Source: Octopus sinensis (Eukaryota). From it: a stretch of 64,000 nt of DNA. Position numbers and translations under genes: made by a program. This document shows positions 39,057-53,054 of the stretch, piece by piece (positions within the stretch are counted from its first letter, which is position 1; every line of letters starts with the position of its first letter). Below the pieces are notes generated by a model. That model did no database searches and was not told where the DNA came from. It saw only the letters and a list, made by a program, of their open reading frames with translations. Location of the stretch: NCBI RefSeq assembly GCF_006345805.1, contig NC_042998.1, forward strand, positions 85,374,001 to 85,438,000, in the 5' to 3' direction.

Positions 39057-39959
39057 ATAACAGAAATGAGTTCAATTTTCATCTTAAGTAAAAGATACCT
39101 GCAACAGGCAAAATCATATCCAATGTTAGGTTTGATTATAGAAAGAAACACATGTTGAGCACCAACCCTATTAATCTTGTAATTTGAAGAAAAGATTTTT
39201 TTCCCTCCCTTCAGTACCAAAAGTTTTCAAGTAAAACTAGTTTTATAGATTTCCATATAATGGTCAATATACTGGTACCATATAAACTATAGATAAATGA
39301 AAGCTAACAATGGTGATGACAGGGCAAAGCAGTGAATAGCTATGCTGTTAATGACACCAGAGTATTGTTTGACTTACACTATAATATATAGCAAACTGAA
39401 TGTGCAAAGAACTTATTTAAAGCAGGATTAGTAATCTATGTAGAAATTAAGCATTTTCTCACCAAACTATTGTTACTCTACTGGGGGAAAGATATCTAAC
39501 AGGTAACTATTTTTGTTTGATTTAAACCCCTTAATACCAACCTTCCTGAGATCACTCCTGGTTCTATGACAAATTTCTTTCTTCAAATTAAAACCTTTCA
39601 CCAAAATCTCATTTTATGCTCCAAACACCAGTTTTAATACTGACTGTTGTTTTATTAAATTTTTCGTTAATTGAAATGGAGGCAGCATATTTCAACATAA
39701 ATATAATAATAAAAGGCTTGTAAGTTTCTCATCTTAACCATTTTAGACAACTTGGAACTCATTACTTTGTCTACTTATTTATTCATTCCAGTGTAAGACT
39801 GAACTATTCCTGCAAAAGAAAACTTTAACAATCTTCATATCTTGGGTTGGCTTCCTAAATTCCACAATGGAAAAATTATACACAAAATTATAGCCTCCAA
39901 CTTCTTGAAGTAACATTTTATAAAGACATTTCAATTATACATGACCAAATTAAGACAAA

Positions 39960-41049
39960 AGCTAGACTTATCCAATTACAAGAGAAAAAAGTTTGAGTGA
40001 AAGCAAGGTCTAGAATCAAAGGGCTTTAGAGTTAATTTAGCAAAAATTGAAGTCTTAGCAAGTAGGAAAACCAACAAATCACAAATGTCTTCAAGTAGAT
40101 GGCCCTGCTCAATGTAGAAAGGGCATAGGTAGAAACTCCATAAGTTGTACCCAGTGCAAGCTATGGACACATAAGAGGTTCAGTAATATCAGTGAAAGGT
40201 TAACAGGGAAAATAGTTTGTATGTGGCAGATGTACAGGTACAATAAACACTAGAAATGTACAGAAAATAGACTCCATCAAATGTCAGGAGAGATACCTAG
40301 AAGTAGTTGATAGCTTCTGGTATCTAGACGACCAAGTCAGCAGCGGAGGTGGATGCTCCGAGAGCATAGCTGTGAGAAAAAGAATAGGCTGGGCAAAGTT
40401 CAGAGAGCTTCTACTTTTGTTGGTAGCAAAGGTCCTCTCCCTCAGAGTGAAAGGCAGATTGTATGATACCCGTGTGTGAACAGCCATGCTATGTGGCAGT
40501 GAAACATGGGCTGTAACCACAGAGGACATGTGAAGGCTTGGAAGAAATGAAAATAGTATGCTTTGCTGGATGTGCAATATCAGTGTGCATGTATGACAGA
40601 GTGTCAGTGTCTTCAGAGAATACTGTGCTGGTGTGGTCATGTGATGCATATGGACAAGGACAGCTGTGTAAAGAAGTGCCAATCTCTAACAGTGGAGGGA
40701 ACTTGTGGAAGAGGTAGACCCAGGAAGACATGGAATGAGGTGGTGAAGCACGATCTTTGAAAGTTGTGTCTCATGGAAGCAATGACAAGTGATTGAGACC
40801 ATTGGCAATTTGCCATGTTGAGAAACTTGCCAAGAAATATCATAGTTGCTGCTGGTGTTGGTGACACATTAAAGGCACCCACTACACTCAGAGTGGTTGG
40901 CCTTAGGAAGGGCATCCAATTGTAAAAACTAAGCCAAAAATCAAACTGGAATCTGGTATAGCTCTCCAGCTTACCAGTTCGAATCAATCTGTCTAACCCA
41001 TGCCAGCATGGAAAGTGGAGATAAATGATGATGATGATGATGATGATGA
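39960..41049 (+). mobile_element. Old 5'-truncated RTE LINE
   Basis: GLESKG.RVNLAK..V, WPCS..RKG.GRNSI.CTQCKLW, RYLD DQVSSGGGCSES, GRGRPRKTWNEVV, then 3' UTR and (ATG)n tail. Many stops and frameshifts. Confidence 0.88.
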
Positions 41050-43294
41050 AATTTGAAACTGAGTCAATTTCTTTCAGTCATAAATCTTGATTAGACATTC
41101 TAAAAAAAGAGAAAAAACCACCTATAGGTGAAATCATCTTCATAGACAAGGCCCATATCTTACTAAGTTTCATATCAAATGATCTTCAACAATAAGCCAG
41201 TTAGGAATTTCTATTTAAATCACTGATAGGGTAATATTATCTATGGTAAATACCCTCTTCAAACTACTTGGAGAAAATTTTGAAGAAAGTAACGAAAACA
41301 CCAGACAATGAACTTATCAAAAATAAAATAACTGAAATTTGTAGCATGATACAAAATAGAATTGACAAGGCTTTATCTTTTTTTAATAGTCTTTACGTAT
41401 AATAAAATACTGTAAATCTTCTGTTAGGTCATAATGAGACTCAACTTCTGGCATCTATATAAAGAAATTGATTTGTTATTTCCAAGATGAATCTAAGAAC
41501 TCCAAGAAGTTCCGTAAGTTTCATGATGAATGGACAGATCTAACAAGATACTCTGAAGTCAAGCAAAAGAAATATTTTCATATTTCTTCCAATCTGTTAG
41601 ACCAGCAGATACTGGGGAGAAAAAAATCAATTGATAACTACTAACTTTATTAGCTTTAGGTTAAATTCAATAAAAATGGTGTGTATATCAACTGGCTTCA
41701 AAATCCTAAAGACAAGTTTAACAGTTGTGAACAAATAAAAAAAGAAAATCAGCATGTGCTCATGATGGAAGCATTTATGGTGGAAGAAGTCCAAAGAAGA
41801 AATAAATTCTGAAAGTGTTGGATCTCACAAGATTGAGAACAGTGTTGCTATACTTATCTGTTGATCAATAGTTCTCAAATTGATAAATACAAACTGTCCA
41901 CAATAAAATATTACTGAAATATTTTGGTATCACAGCACCTCTGTATTAAAGTGGTGACAAAATATATTCTGCATCCATGGACTTCAAAAGTGGGAGATTG
42001 TCTTAATTTCATTAACACTTTTGATATCAACCCACCCTTTGTATTATAATACAAACTTCCTATTTTAAAGTGATCTAAATAAAAAGCTTCTATCAAAATT
42101 TCATGTTAATTTATGTTCTAAATACTATCTTGACAATGACAAAGTTAATTTTCTAAGTTCTTTGTAAATTTTTAAATTATTTGAAAACGTTAGCATTGCA
42201 TTTCACCAGAAATATGGCAATAAAAGGGTTAAGCATAGCCATCTACCCTCTCCTTGCCTATGTGAAACACTGCTGTATTACCATATGATAACTGTCAGCA
42301 TGGAAAAGAGAAAAAAATTCTTTAAAATTATGATGATGGTGAACCAATACCTTTATCATTTTGTCACATTGGCAGAAAATCTTAAATATTAAATTATATG
42401 ACTTTAAAAAGTTTTTTTTTATTATTTATCATGTATGGATTTACTTATCAAATTAACAAAACTAGTTTACTAAAATACTAATATATTGAATGAAATAAAT
42501 AGCCTCTTTATTGGAAATTAAAATTAAGAATTAACACCATATTGTTTAGTCCAAGATTAACTGTAACTGAGTAAACCTATTCCAGCAGTGACCCTTCATT
42601 TTGTCTTAAAGCAGAGTGCATCTAAGACTACATTATCCAATGTGTCCTTTCTCTATTCTCAAAGATGACAGAGTGTAATTTGAGTGAGATTTAACTATTA
42701 TTTATAGTAGGTCATGCAATCACATACAGACTCCCATATTGGCTCTATATCATTTTTTCATTAAGCTGCAGCAAGTAAAAGAATAAAAAATCCAATGCCA
42801 ACAAGGAACATAAACATCAAATCACTGTTTCACTTAGACAATGACAAGCTGTGAAATACCAATAGTCAGGCACATTCATGACTCATACATATATACACAC
42901 ACATAAGTACATGTATAAAGTTTTTATCTATCAAATTCATTCACAAAGTATCAGGCTATAACAGAAGGTACTTGCCCAAAGTACCACTCAGTGTAACTGA
43001 ACCTAAAACTAGGTGGTTGTAAAGCAAACTTCATACCCCTGTATCTATCTGTTTGTCTACCAATCTATCTGTCTGTCAAACTATCTGTTTGTCTGTCAGT
43101 CTATCTATCTATCTATCTATCTATCTATGCACACATAGAGCTATACTTTTAATTCAACTTTACTGACTGTACCTTTCATTATTAAATTAATTAACATTAC
43201 ACAAACAATTAACTAATTAAGAATGCTATCTAAGCAATGAAATATGAATCAGATCTTAAACAAAAAAAAATTTAAAACATTCTCACTTACAAAC

Positions 43295-43510
43295 AATATT
43301 ATTATTATTACTGAATTGTTTTCCGTCTCATCTGTCAATTTTACCTGCTCTGTTTAATTCTCTACAAGAGTGGACAGCAACTTGTCATAGGTCTCTCAGG
43401 TTCTCTTTCCAAGACACTTACCCAAGTGCCAACCTCAAAATCCTCACCGTCCCCAACAGAGCAGTTTTTTGAGCATGTTCTACCTTCATCTCAATTCAAA
43501 TTTCTCCATC
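43295..43510 (-). mobile_element. R4/Dong-like RLE non-LTR retrotransposon 3' fragment
   Basis: Minus strand reads VEHAQKTALLGTVRILRLAL. Flanked on both sides by (ATT)n-type repeats. Confidence 0.65.
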
Positions 43511-43522
43511 ATCATTATTATT

Positions 43523-43920
43523 AAGGTGGCATTTTGTCCATCTTTACATTCTGAGTTCAAATTCTGCTGAGGTCGACTTTACTTTTCATCCTTTGGGGGA
43601 GTCAATAAATTAAATACCAGTCAAGTACTGTGAGTCAATGTAATCAATTTACCCCCTCCCCCAAAATTTCAGGCTTTGTACCTATAGTAGAAGGGATTAT
43701 AATTATTATTATTTTTAAGGTGGTGAGCTGACAGAATCATTAGCACACTGGACAAATTGCTTAGCGGTATTTTTACCAGACACTATGTTCTGAGTTCAAA
43801 TTCTGACTTTCATCCTTTTGGAGGGGTCAATAAATTAAGTACCAGTCAATGTGGGTCAATTCCCCCAAAATTTCAGGCCTTGTGCCTTCAGTAGAAAGAA
43901 TTATTATTATTATTATCATT
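43523..43920 (+). mobile_element. Two tandem tRNA-derived SINEs, family B, with (ATT)n tails
   Basis: AAGGTGGTGAGCTG.CAGAATC.TTAGCA...TTCTGAGTTCAAATTC...CTTTCATCCTTT..GGGGTCAATAAATTAAGTACCAG. Also at about 6555-6710, 50825-50990, 51014-51245, 51633-51850 and 62586-62690. Confidence 0.8.
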
Positions 43921-45859
43921 ATTGATGACAATAGTCATTTAGTGTATATGATTGCCTGAAGTAAAACTAAGCACTTCACAGTATTTACTTTCAATTATTA
44001 TATTTCTCAGTTCAGATCTCACCTTGATTGTTCTTTCTTAAATTTATATTTTGTCTTATTCTTTCATCCTTTTTGAAGTCAGTTTAGAGTGAGCCAATTA
44101 AACATGACCCCTTTAGTAAAAACAAAACATCTCATTATCATATCATCATCAGTTAATGTCTATTTTCCATTCTGATAAGGGTTGGAAGGCTCAACAGGAT
44201 TTGGCAAGCTACAGGGCTTCATTAAGCTCCAGTATTAGCTTTGACATGTTTTCCATGAGTGGATACTCTTCTAAATGCCAACCAGTTTACAGTGTGTACT
44301 GGGTGCCTTTTTTTTTTATTATTTATTTCACTAGCACTTGTGAGGTAGCCAAGCAAGTTACAAAACAGAAGAACAAGGAAAAAGAAAAAGACCCTACATT
44401 TAAGTAAGGTGGGTGGGTTTATGCTAGGTGGTGAGAGGCTAAAATATGCGAGAGCATCAAGTACAGGTGTCTTGCTATAAAAGAGATATATGACTACCCG
44501 ACATTATATATAAGAGTGGGTAGGAGTATGCCTTGAAAACAAATTAAAATTTTTTTTAAAACCCTTAATTATTATAGTATTTTTGATCTATAATATAATA
44601 TGATGGTTATTTCTTACAAAAAGGAGTCAAAGAAGATAATTGGAATTTTTAGTTTTGATAATTATATTATTATTATTGGGCAAGGCATGGCCACCACATA
44701 TTTCCAGTGGATTTTCAAATAAATCACAAGCTTCATTTCACTAGAAGAAAGCAAATATTCATTTTGAAAATTTTCTCTAATTGTATCATTACACAGTTCA
44801 AAAGATGCAATGATACTCACATTCTTTCTCTCAAAAATTAATTGTTCATCAAATCAGAATGAGACAAGAGGAGGAGATGATGATGATGATAATAATAATA
44901 ATAATAATAGCAGCAGCAGCAAATATCACAATATGGTCTGATAACTTGAGGTAACAAAGAATATCAGTCAGGAAATTTGCTTTGAAAGAGTGGCTGGGGG
45001 AAAACAGTCAAGTGAGCCGAAAGGAATAAACTAAATATTTTAATTAAAATTCTCATTCTTACAAAATACAACAGCTCATATTCTATAATACTAACGTGAT
45101 TTAAATTGCTCTTGAGGTTTTAAAATATTAAATTAAAATTTCTGTTTTCGTTTCAACATTTTTATCAATTGTGATTCTAAGGCTTACAATTAGGAATTGG
45201 ACATGTACTATATGACATAAGAGTTGAACAATGATCTGACAACTGTAATAACAAGGAAAAATAAAATTAATAATGAATTATATTCATGTAAAATAATGGA
45301 GTTCAAATGATTAGTTCAAGAAAATACAATACTCAAGGGGCCAGTTTCCTGGTTTCTGTAGCGTATATATTCCTCTAGATAGAACACCAGGCCCTCACAG
45401 GATTACTCATTCTTGCCAGCTGAGTGGACTGAAGCTACGTGAAATGAAGTGTTTTGCTCAAGAACACAATGCATTGGTCAGTTCAGAAATCAAAACCACA
45501 GTCTTACTATCATGAGTATGACACCTTAACCACTAAGCCATGTGTCTCCAAGAGTAGTAGGTGATGAAAAGATATCTTTGTCTTTTATTTGTTTCAGCTA
45601 CTGGACTTTGGTCATGCTGGACACCTCACCTTCAAGGGTCCAGTTGAACAAGTTGACCACAGTACTTATTGAATCTAGTATTTATTCTATCAGTGTCTTT
45701 TGCCAAACTGTTAAGAAATAGGAATGTAAACAAACCAACACCAATTGTTAAACAATGGGAGAAACACACACATACAAACACATATAGGACAGGCTTACAC
45801 ACAGTTTCCATCTTTCAAATTTTGTCTTTCATTTTTTTCAGAGTTGATAGAAAGTACAC

Positions 45860-46320
45860 AGCAGATAGTGCAACTGGCTAATCCAGTGAAAAATAACCTC
45901 CACCGCATCCCATTGTGGCTATGTGCTGATATAAATTATGATCAGGCAAGACTGCATTCATCCAATGATGAGGCTTCAGGTCAGAAGTTTGACAATTTTG
46001 AGGAATGTGGAGTTAATCCTTAGCCACCATTAATTCCAGCACCTGTCAAGGGCTTTAGCTATGGGTCAAATAGTAGATGGTCCTGTGTCTAAGACATAAA
46101 AAACTGAAACAAGGGCTGGCACTTGCACACGTATCACACAGGTCCACCAATGTGTAAACATACTCTGTTGTCACATGAGCCAATACCTTCTGCTTAAAAG
46201 GTTAAATGAGCCTTGTGCCTCACAGCTCAGTTCAGAAAAGCAAAAGATGAGCAGAGTGAATTGTAATCAAACCACAGAAGGCATTGGAAAACCACTGCTG
46301 AAGCTGTACCCCATTTGGCC
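45860..46320 (+). mobile_element. Old interspersed repeat, diverged copy also at about 50450-50740
   Basis: Shared CTGTCAAGGGC.TT, CACACAGGTCCAC, CC.TGTGCCTCA and AGAAGGCA...GAAA..AC.GCTG blocks. Confidence 0.55.
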
Positions 46321-46860
46321 ACAAAAAAGAAAAAAAATCATAAAATCATGAATCTTTAGACTTTGGCATGAATGTCAATGATTGCTGATGCTAGTAAGAG
46401 AGAACTTATTACTATTAAGCAGGGAACATCAAATTGTGAATCTTATACTTTTCCTAACAACTTCAGCAACACAAGTGAAAGAGCAAGGCAGCTCAAATGT
46501 CATCAAAACTGGGTTGTATACTAAGCACACAGAAGATTCCAATATAATCTATGGTATTTCCTCATCATTTGAACAGCATTTCTTTTGACCAGTGTTTGTA
46601 GAGGTGAGTTGTAGTTAACTAGATCAGTCTTACTACAGTCATGAAACTAGTTGTATTTACCTGTAAGTGATTAAAGATAACATTTGACCATTGCACTCTA
46701 CATACTCCACACACAAACAAGATTTAATCACACCATCAAGAAGTAAGGAAGGTGCTGCAGCAATGCTATCAAGCTGTCACTGTCTTGCTGAGTGGTCTGG
46801 ATTAAACTTAGCCTCACCATTATGGCAGCTACTTTGGTTAAGACATGGGCCATTACTGCT

Positions 46861-47580
46861 GAGAACATGCATAGGCTTGAAAGAAATGAAGCTAGTATGA
46901 TTCGCTGGATGTGTAATGTCAGTGTGCATACATGACAGTGTAAGCACCCTGAGAGAAAAGTTAGACATAAGAAGCATCAGATATAGTGAGCAAGAGAGAC
47001 AACTGCACTGGTATGATCATGTGTTACATATGATTGAGGACAGCTGTGTGTCCTCAATGACAAGAGACCAAGACCTTTGGAGATATGCTGTGATTGAGAA
47101 AACCCAGCAAGTAAAGTGAGATTGCAGCCGTGGCCAATGCCAATGTAGCATAACTGGTCCATTTAAAAGTATCCTTGAAGTGTCGGGTGATATGATGTGC
47201 TTGAGAAAACCTATTGAGTCAAGTGAAAGCAAAATCTTAGTCATGGCCAGTGCTGCCTGACTGGCACCCGTGCTGTTGGCACAAAATAAGCACCATTCAA
47301 GCATGGGTCGGTGCTAGTGCTACCTGACTGGCTACCTGTGTAAAAAGTACCATGCAAACGTGATTGATGCCAGTGCCCCCTGACTGGATCCCATGCTGGT
47401 GGCACGTAAAAAGTACCCACTACACTCTCGGAGGGGTTGGCGTTAGGAAGAGCATCCAGCTTTAGAAACCTCGCCTGATCAGATTGGAGACTGGTGCAGC
47501 CTACTGGCTTGCCAGTCCTCAGTCAAACTGTCCAACTCATGCCAGCATGGAAAGCGAATGCTAAACGATGATGATGATAA
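46861..47580 (+). mobile_element. RTE LINE 3' fragment with an internal deletion; another UTR-only copy at about 47740-48095
   Basis: RNEASMIRWMCNVSVCIHDSVSTLREKLDIRSIRYSEQERQLHWY, then MTRDQDLWRYAVIEKTQQ, VNTR units and (ATG)n tail. Confidence 0.85.
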
Positions 47581-47607
47581 TGACATTATACACACATATA
47601 TATACAT

Positions 47608-47662
<55 letters not shown>

Positions 47663-49048
47663 AACACACACACACACACACAAATGCATACAAGCACATA
47701 CACATATACTGACATTATATATATACACCCATGTTGATGACATGTAAATAGCACCTATGCTGGCACCAGGAAAAGCACCTGTGCTGGCCTCACATAAAGA
47801 ACACCTGAACTGGTATCACATCAAAAGTACATTTGCTGGCACCACACAAAGCACCCATGTTGGAGCCACACGGAAAGCACTGGTGTTGGTGTCACATAAG
47901 AAGCACCCATATTGGCCCCACATAAAATGTATCCAATATACTCTGTAAAATGGTTGGCATTAGGAAAGACAACTAGCAGCAGAAACCATGTGAAAACAGA
48001 TGACTGGAGCCTGGTGCAGCCCTCCAGCTTCTCAGCTCCTGTCAAACTGTCCAATCCAGGCCAGCATGGAAGACGGACATTAAATGATGATGATGTAGCA
48101 CAATATACAATAATAAAATTCTAATTTCATATAATCTAACCAGAAACTATGTCCAATGTTCCAATTCAATAATGAAGTATTTACTATCATGCTGTACATA
48201 TACACAAACATATAAAAAAATTACTGCTTATAATGTCATTATTTACATTAAAATACTTATTAATTTATAATGTGTTTATGTCCTTTAAGTTAATTCTCAT
48301 AAACATTGTAGAGAAGCAATACTTCACTATATTAGACAATAATAGAATGTTTATCCAATGGGGCAGTATAGACTGTGGAGAGAAGTAGAACTGTTTGTTT
48401 ATCTATGGCTTCTGTCAATGTCGATCATGCATCTACACAAAAATGGCCAAAATAGAAGACTGGCAGTGGCTCATGCATACAGGTCTTCTCTTCCCATGTA
48501 CTGATGTTGAACAAAAGAAAGTCCACCACAGCTTAAGGGCTGATACAGTTTGGCATCTGTATTGTAGGTATTGCTATCAGAAAGTAAAGAACTGGAACAG
48601 ATACTGCAAGATATGGTGTCTTGTCTGATGTTTTTACAGTTCTGTCAACCTATCATCTATGATTTCTATTCTTTAATTATCAATTTCAGCTAGAGCCTAT
48701 GACAATGCTGGGGCACCCCATTAAATGAAAATTGCCTAAGATGCCATATCATGTAATCGTCCCTTATACATTATGAGTGCAAAGCGAACCTCTTAACTGT
48801 TTGGTCATACTGCAACTATATATTTAAGGAATTTCTTTGATCTCCTAAAGGACGAAAGGTAACGTTGACTTCAGCAAGATTTGAACTCAAATCAAGGAGA
48901 GTTGTCCAATTCACTGTTTATATCAGTAGAATTTCTGCACACTGTTTGATACAAAGGAATGGTAGACACTGCAATGTGACTGTCAATGTGGTCACCCAAC
49001 ATATAATAGATGTGTGATCTAAGTCTTACCAGTGGCTCTAATCTTATT

Positions 49049-49612
49049 CATCATCATCATCATCAGTTAACATTCGTTGTCCATGCTGGCATGGGTTAGA
49101 CAGTTTGACCAGTCTGATTTGGTATGGTTTCTACAGCTGGATGCCCTTCCTAATACCAACCAGAGTGTAATGGATGCTTTTACATGCCACTGGCATGGAT
49201 CTCAGTTGCATGACACCAGTATCTGCCGTGACTACGAATTCATTTGGCTTGATAGTTCTTCTCAAGTACTGCAAAGGTCTCAGTCATTTATCATTGCCTC
49301 AGTGAGGTCCAGTGCTTGAAAGGTGCTTTATACATGCCAAATTGATTCTGTGAGGCCCAATTGCTCAAAAGGTACTTTTTATGTGCCAGTTACATAACAC
49401 CAGCATCGGCCATGACTATGATTTCACTTGGTTTGACTGGTCTTTTCAAGCACAGTATATTGCCAATGGTCTCAGTCACTAGTCATCGCCTCCATGAGGC
49501 CCAAAGTTCAAAGATCATGTTTCACCACTTCATCCCATGTTTTCCTGGGTCTACCTCTACTACAGGTTCCTCCACAGTTAGAGATCAGCACTTCTTTATA
49601 CATCTATCCTCC
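49049..49612 (-). mobile_element. RTE LINE 3' fragment
   Basis: (CAT)n, then the reverse RTE tail and TTTCCTGGGTCTACCTCTAC..CAGGTTCCTCCAC. Confidence 0.8.
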
Positions 49613-50982
49613 TCCTGTTTTATATAATTTAAAATCATAGCCTTGTTGTTTAGTTTTAATGTTTTGTCTATGACCAACTTGATATGTCTATTAGAGTACC
49701 ACTATAGTTACACATCATATTTAGCAAGTACTTCAATGTTCAGCACAGTCTCATTATGATGAATAAATGGACAAAATGTACAGCATTTAGCATGAAAGAC
49801 CATTTTCCTATCATTCTCTTTCCATAACACCATATCCTGTTACTCAGTAATCTCACAAGCTTACTTGCTTGACTGATATGTCTGTTATCAAATGGTAATA
49901 TCAATTTAAATTTTGTTTGTGTGGAAGGCCAAATTTTAGCTTCAATTGTTTGCAGATGGAGAAAAATAATTTAGTAAAAGGACAAAAAGTTAATTCTGTT
50001 ACCAAAATCCCATATTTACAAAATGCTGGCCAATGCAAATGCATTTGTAGCAGAAAGAAAATGTTATAGGTTAGAGTGAAATTTCCAGTTAGCTGAGTCA
50101 CTAACACATGTTTGATTACCAGTTGAGCTACATTCCTCTTTTATAAATGGTCAACCCAAATAACAGAGCTGGGACAAGTAAAGAACTTAATTCCTGCACA
50201 GATCACTAATACAGAATTTAACTAGGCACTGCAAGCTAACAAAACACAATCCATTCCTTACAATAGGAAGTTATTCTGAACCTGTCGTACCCATCCACAG
50301 ATACACAAGCTCCTCTGATAATGTTTATCACTGTTTTCTATCTGTACAAAGCTTTGACACAACATAATTCTAAAACTCATTTTATAATTCAAAATTGCAT
50401 TTAAATATCTTGAACACACACAATAGTGTTAATGTATTGTGTGTTCTAGTATAGGGTGGTAGTACTGTCAAGGGCCTTAATTATTGGCCAAGTAGTAGAT
50501 GATGATGGTTTTGTAACTAAAAACAGTTAAGGCTTAGAGGAGAACAGGTCTAGACACAAGTCACACAGGTCCACTAGGGTGTAGACACGATCTTACATCA
50601 TATTAACCAGTGTTGCTAAGAGTTAAATAAACCCCTGTGCCTCAAGGATAAGCTCTGGAGAGTAGCAGAGTAAATTGTGTATAAATTACAAGAAGGCAAC
50701 AGGAAATTACCGCTGTATCTTACCCATTGATGCCTGTAAGTATGGCAGAGAGAGACAGACAGAGTACTAGTAATAAAATACAAGCATGTTATATCTATAT
50801 GTGATATATACCATCATCATTACAATTAGCTTCTCTTTACATTCCAAGCTCAAATCCTGCTATGGTCAACTTTGTCTCATTTTTTGGAGGGTTGATAAAA
50901 TTAAGTGTCATCAAGCACTGGGGACTAGGTAATTGACAAATCTCTACCCCTTGAATTGCTGACATTGTCTTGAAATTTGGAA

Positions 50983-51014
<32 letters not shown>

Positions 51015-51239
51015 AGGTGGCAAGCTGGCAGAATCGTTAGCATGCCGGGCAAAGTGTTTAATGGTATTTTGTCTGTCGCTACATTCCGAGTTCAAATTTC
51101 GCCATGGTTGACTTTGCCCTTCATCTTTCAGAGTTAATAAAATAAGTACTATACCAGTCAGGTACTGGGGTCAATGTAATTGACTAGTCTCCTCCCCCAC
51201 CAAAAATTTCATGTCTTGTGCCTATAGTAGAAAGGATTA

Positions 51240-51590
51240 TTATTATCATTTTACTCTCCATAGCTCTTGATCTTACTTGCTCTGATTGAATCTGTGGGGG
51301 CAGACAGTAGCCTGTTGTCAGAGGTCTCACAGGGTCTCTTACCACAAAGTGTAAGGTCTGGTACTTGGATGTTAACTCATTGTGGAATACATTCAACATC
51401 CAAGCACAAATCTCAAAATCCTAACTGTCCCCAACAGAGCAGTTTTTGGGGGTTTGTTCTCCCCTCAAGTCAATCCCAATTTCTCCAATATATTTCTCGG
51501 ACCAGGTTGTTAGTGATCCAAGTGCCTCTACAACTACTGGGATAACAGTTACACTCCTCATTGCCCACATTCTTGCAATTTTGTCTTTTA
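51240..51590 (-). mobile_element. R4/Dong-like RLE non-LTR retrotransposon 3' fragment
   Basis: Minus strand reads LKDKIARMWAMRSVTVIPVVVEALGSLTTWSEKYIGEIGIDLRGEQ then KTALLGTVRILRFVLGC across a frameshift, resembling the C-terminus after the RLE endonuclease. (ATT)n on both sides. Confidence 0.75.
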
Positions 51591-53054
51591 GCAGTTTTTA
51601 GTATTATTATTATTATTATTGTTGTTGTTGTTAAGGCAATGAACTGGTAGAATCATTAGCATGCTGGATGAAATGCTTAGTGAAATTTTGCCCATCGCTA
51701 TGTTCTGAGTTCAAAATCTGCTGAGGTCGGCTTTAAATTTCATCCTTTTGGAGTCAATAAATTAAGTACCAGCGAAACACTTGGGTCAATTGTAATCGAC
51801 TCGTTCCTTCGCCCACAATTGTGTCTATTGTAGAAAGGATTATTATTATTGTTGTTATCAAATACTCTACAAGTGTTGACTGCATTGTTCTAAAAAAAAA
51901 TACTTTGTAAATATCCTCAGTATAGTTCACTAAAAATAAATATAAGTCATCTTGCCTGGAAACAAATCTATGCCAATGGTTTGAGCCAGTAAACTATAAA
52001 AAGCTTTAAGAGGAAACTATAACTGACATGCATAAACATATTTATTGGGTTATTACTGATTAGCTTTTACTAAAACACAAACTACTCAACCCTAATAGAT
52101 TTAAACTGTGATTTACAATTTAATATATGAACACTTTGAAAGGCTTCCAAATACTTTCAGCACTATTTTAGTGTCAGCAATTGTCTTTCAAAATAGAATG
52201 CTAGTTACGTCTTGCAGTTAAATACTGTCCAATGAATACTTCTAATATCTTCAAGACTAAATGAAAAAGGTCAACTGTCGGACTTTTTCAAACATTCTCC
52301 ATGTTGAACTATTAACATTAGGTAAAGTTATAGGTATATATTTGCAGCAGATAAATTTAACAACTGAATTCTAAATCAAGGAGTAATAGCAATGGAGAGT
52401 GACCAACTCACTTTTTTTTTCTTTTCCTATTTGGGTAAGTATATATTCATAAAATAATTTTACTCTTGCTTTGAAATATAATTGCTTGAAGAATTACAAC
52501 ATTGAGAATTGCACAATGGTGAACAGTTAAATGTAAGTCATCATCATCATCATGTGCATTTTTTTGCACTTGCTTGGGTGATCAGATGGAATTTGTTGAG
52601 GTAGATTTTCTATGGTCAGATGCCTTTTTCTATCACCAGCCCTCACCGGTTTCCAAGCAAGGTAATATAACCCCTTAGCTGGACATATTTTAAAGGCAGG
52701 TTGGAAAAAATACAACTGCATGAGGATGATATTCATTTACAACTAATGCATGATATAAAATACACATGCACAAACACGATAGGTTTCTTTCAGATTTTGC
52801 CTATCAAATCCACTCACAAGGCTATGGTTGGTTTGGAGCTATATTCTTTTACTTGTTTCAGTAATTTGTCTGCAGCCATGCTGAAGCACCACCTTTTAGT
52901 CGAACAAATCAACCCCAGGACTTATTCTTTGTAAGCCTAGTACTTATTCCGTTAGTCTCTTTTGCTGAACAGCAAGGTTATGGTGATGTAAACACACCAA
53001 CATCGGTTGTCAAGCAATGGAGGGAGTACAAACACAGACACAAGATATGGACAC

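Noticed and set aside
30600-39400. Further minus-strand micro-exon candidates (near 39370-39387, 39270-39290, 38620-38640, 35691-35713, 32796-32828) and others at 17900-19120 and 25908-25933
   Set aside because: Several frames are open or the chain breaks, so any joining would be arbitrary; one acceptor lies at a MITE edge.
41470-41640. RKFHDEWTDLTRY, reminiscent of hAT TTF zinc-finger starts
   Set aside because: Too short and no downstream Cys/His pattern.
46461-46570. Minus-strand ATGATGA...TTGATGA...CTGA, C/D snoRNA-like
   Set aside because: No convincing terminal stem and no recognisable rRNA or snRNA antisense element next to a D box; such motifs are expected by chance.
46659-46662. 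Minus-strand YAG|GT recursive-splice-like sites (also near 39098 and 36306)
   Set aside because: A few such motifs are expected by chance in 64 kb; needs saw-tooth nascent RNA evidence.
48340-48630. GC-richer stretch, possibly a very old RT relic (also 36780-37130)
   Set aside because: Motifs too decayed to support a call.
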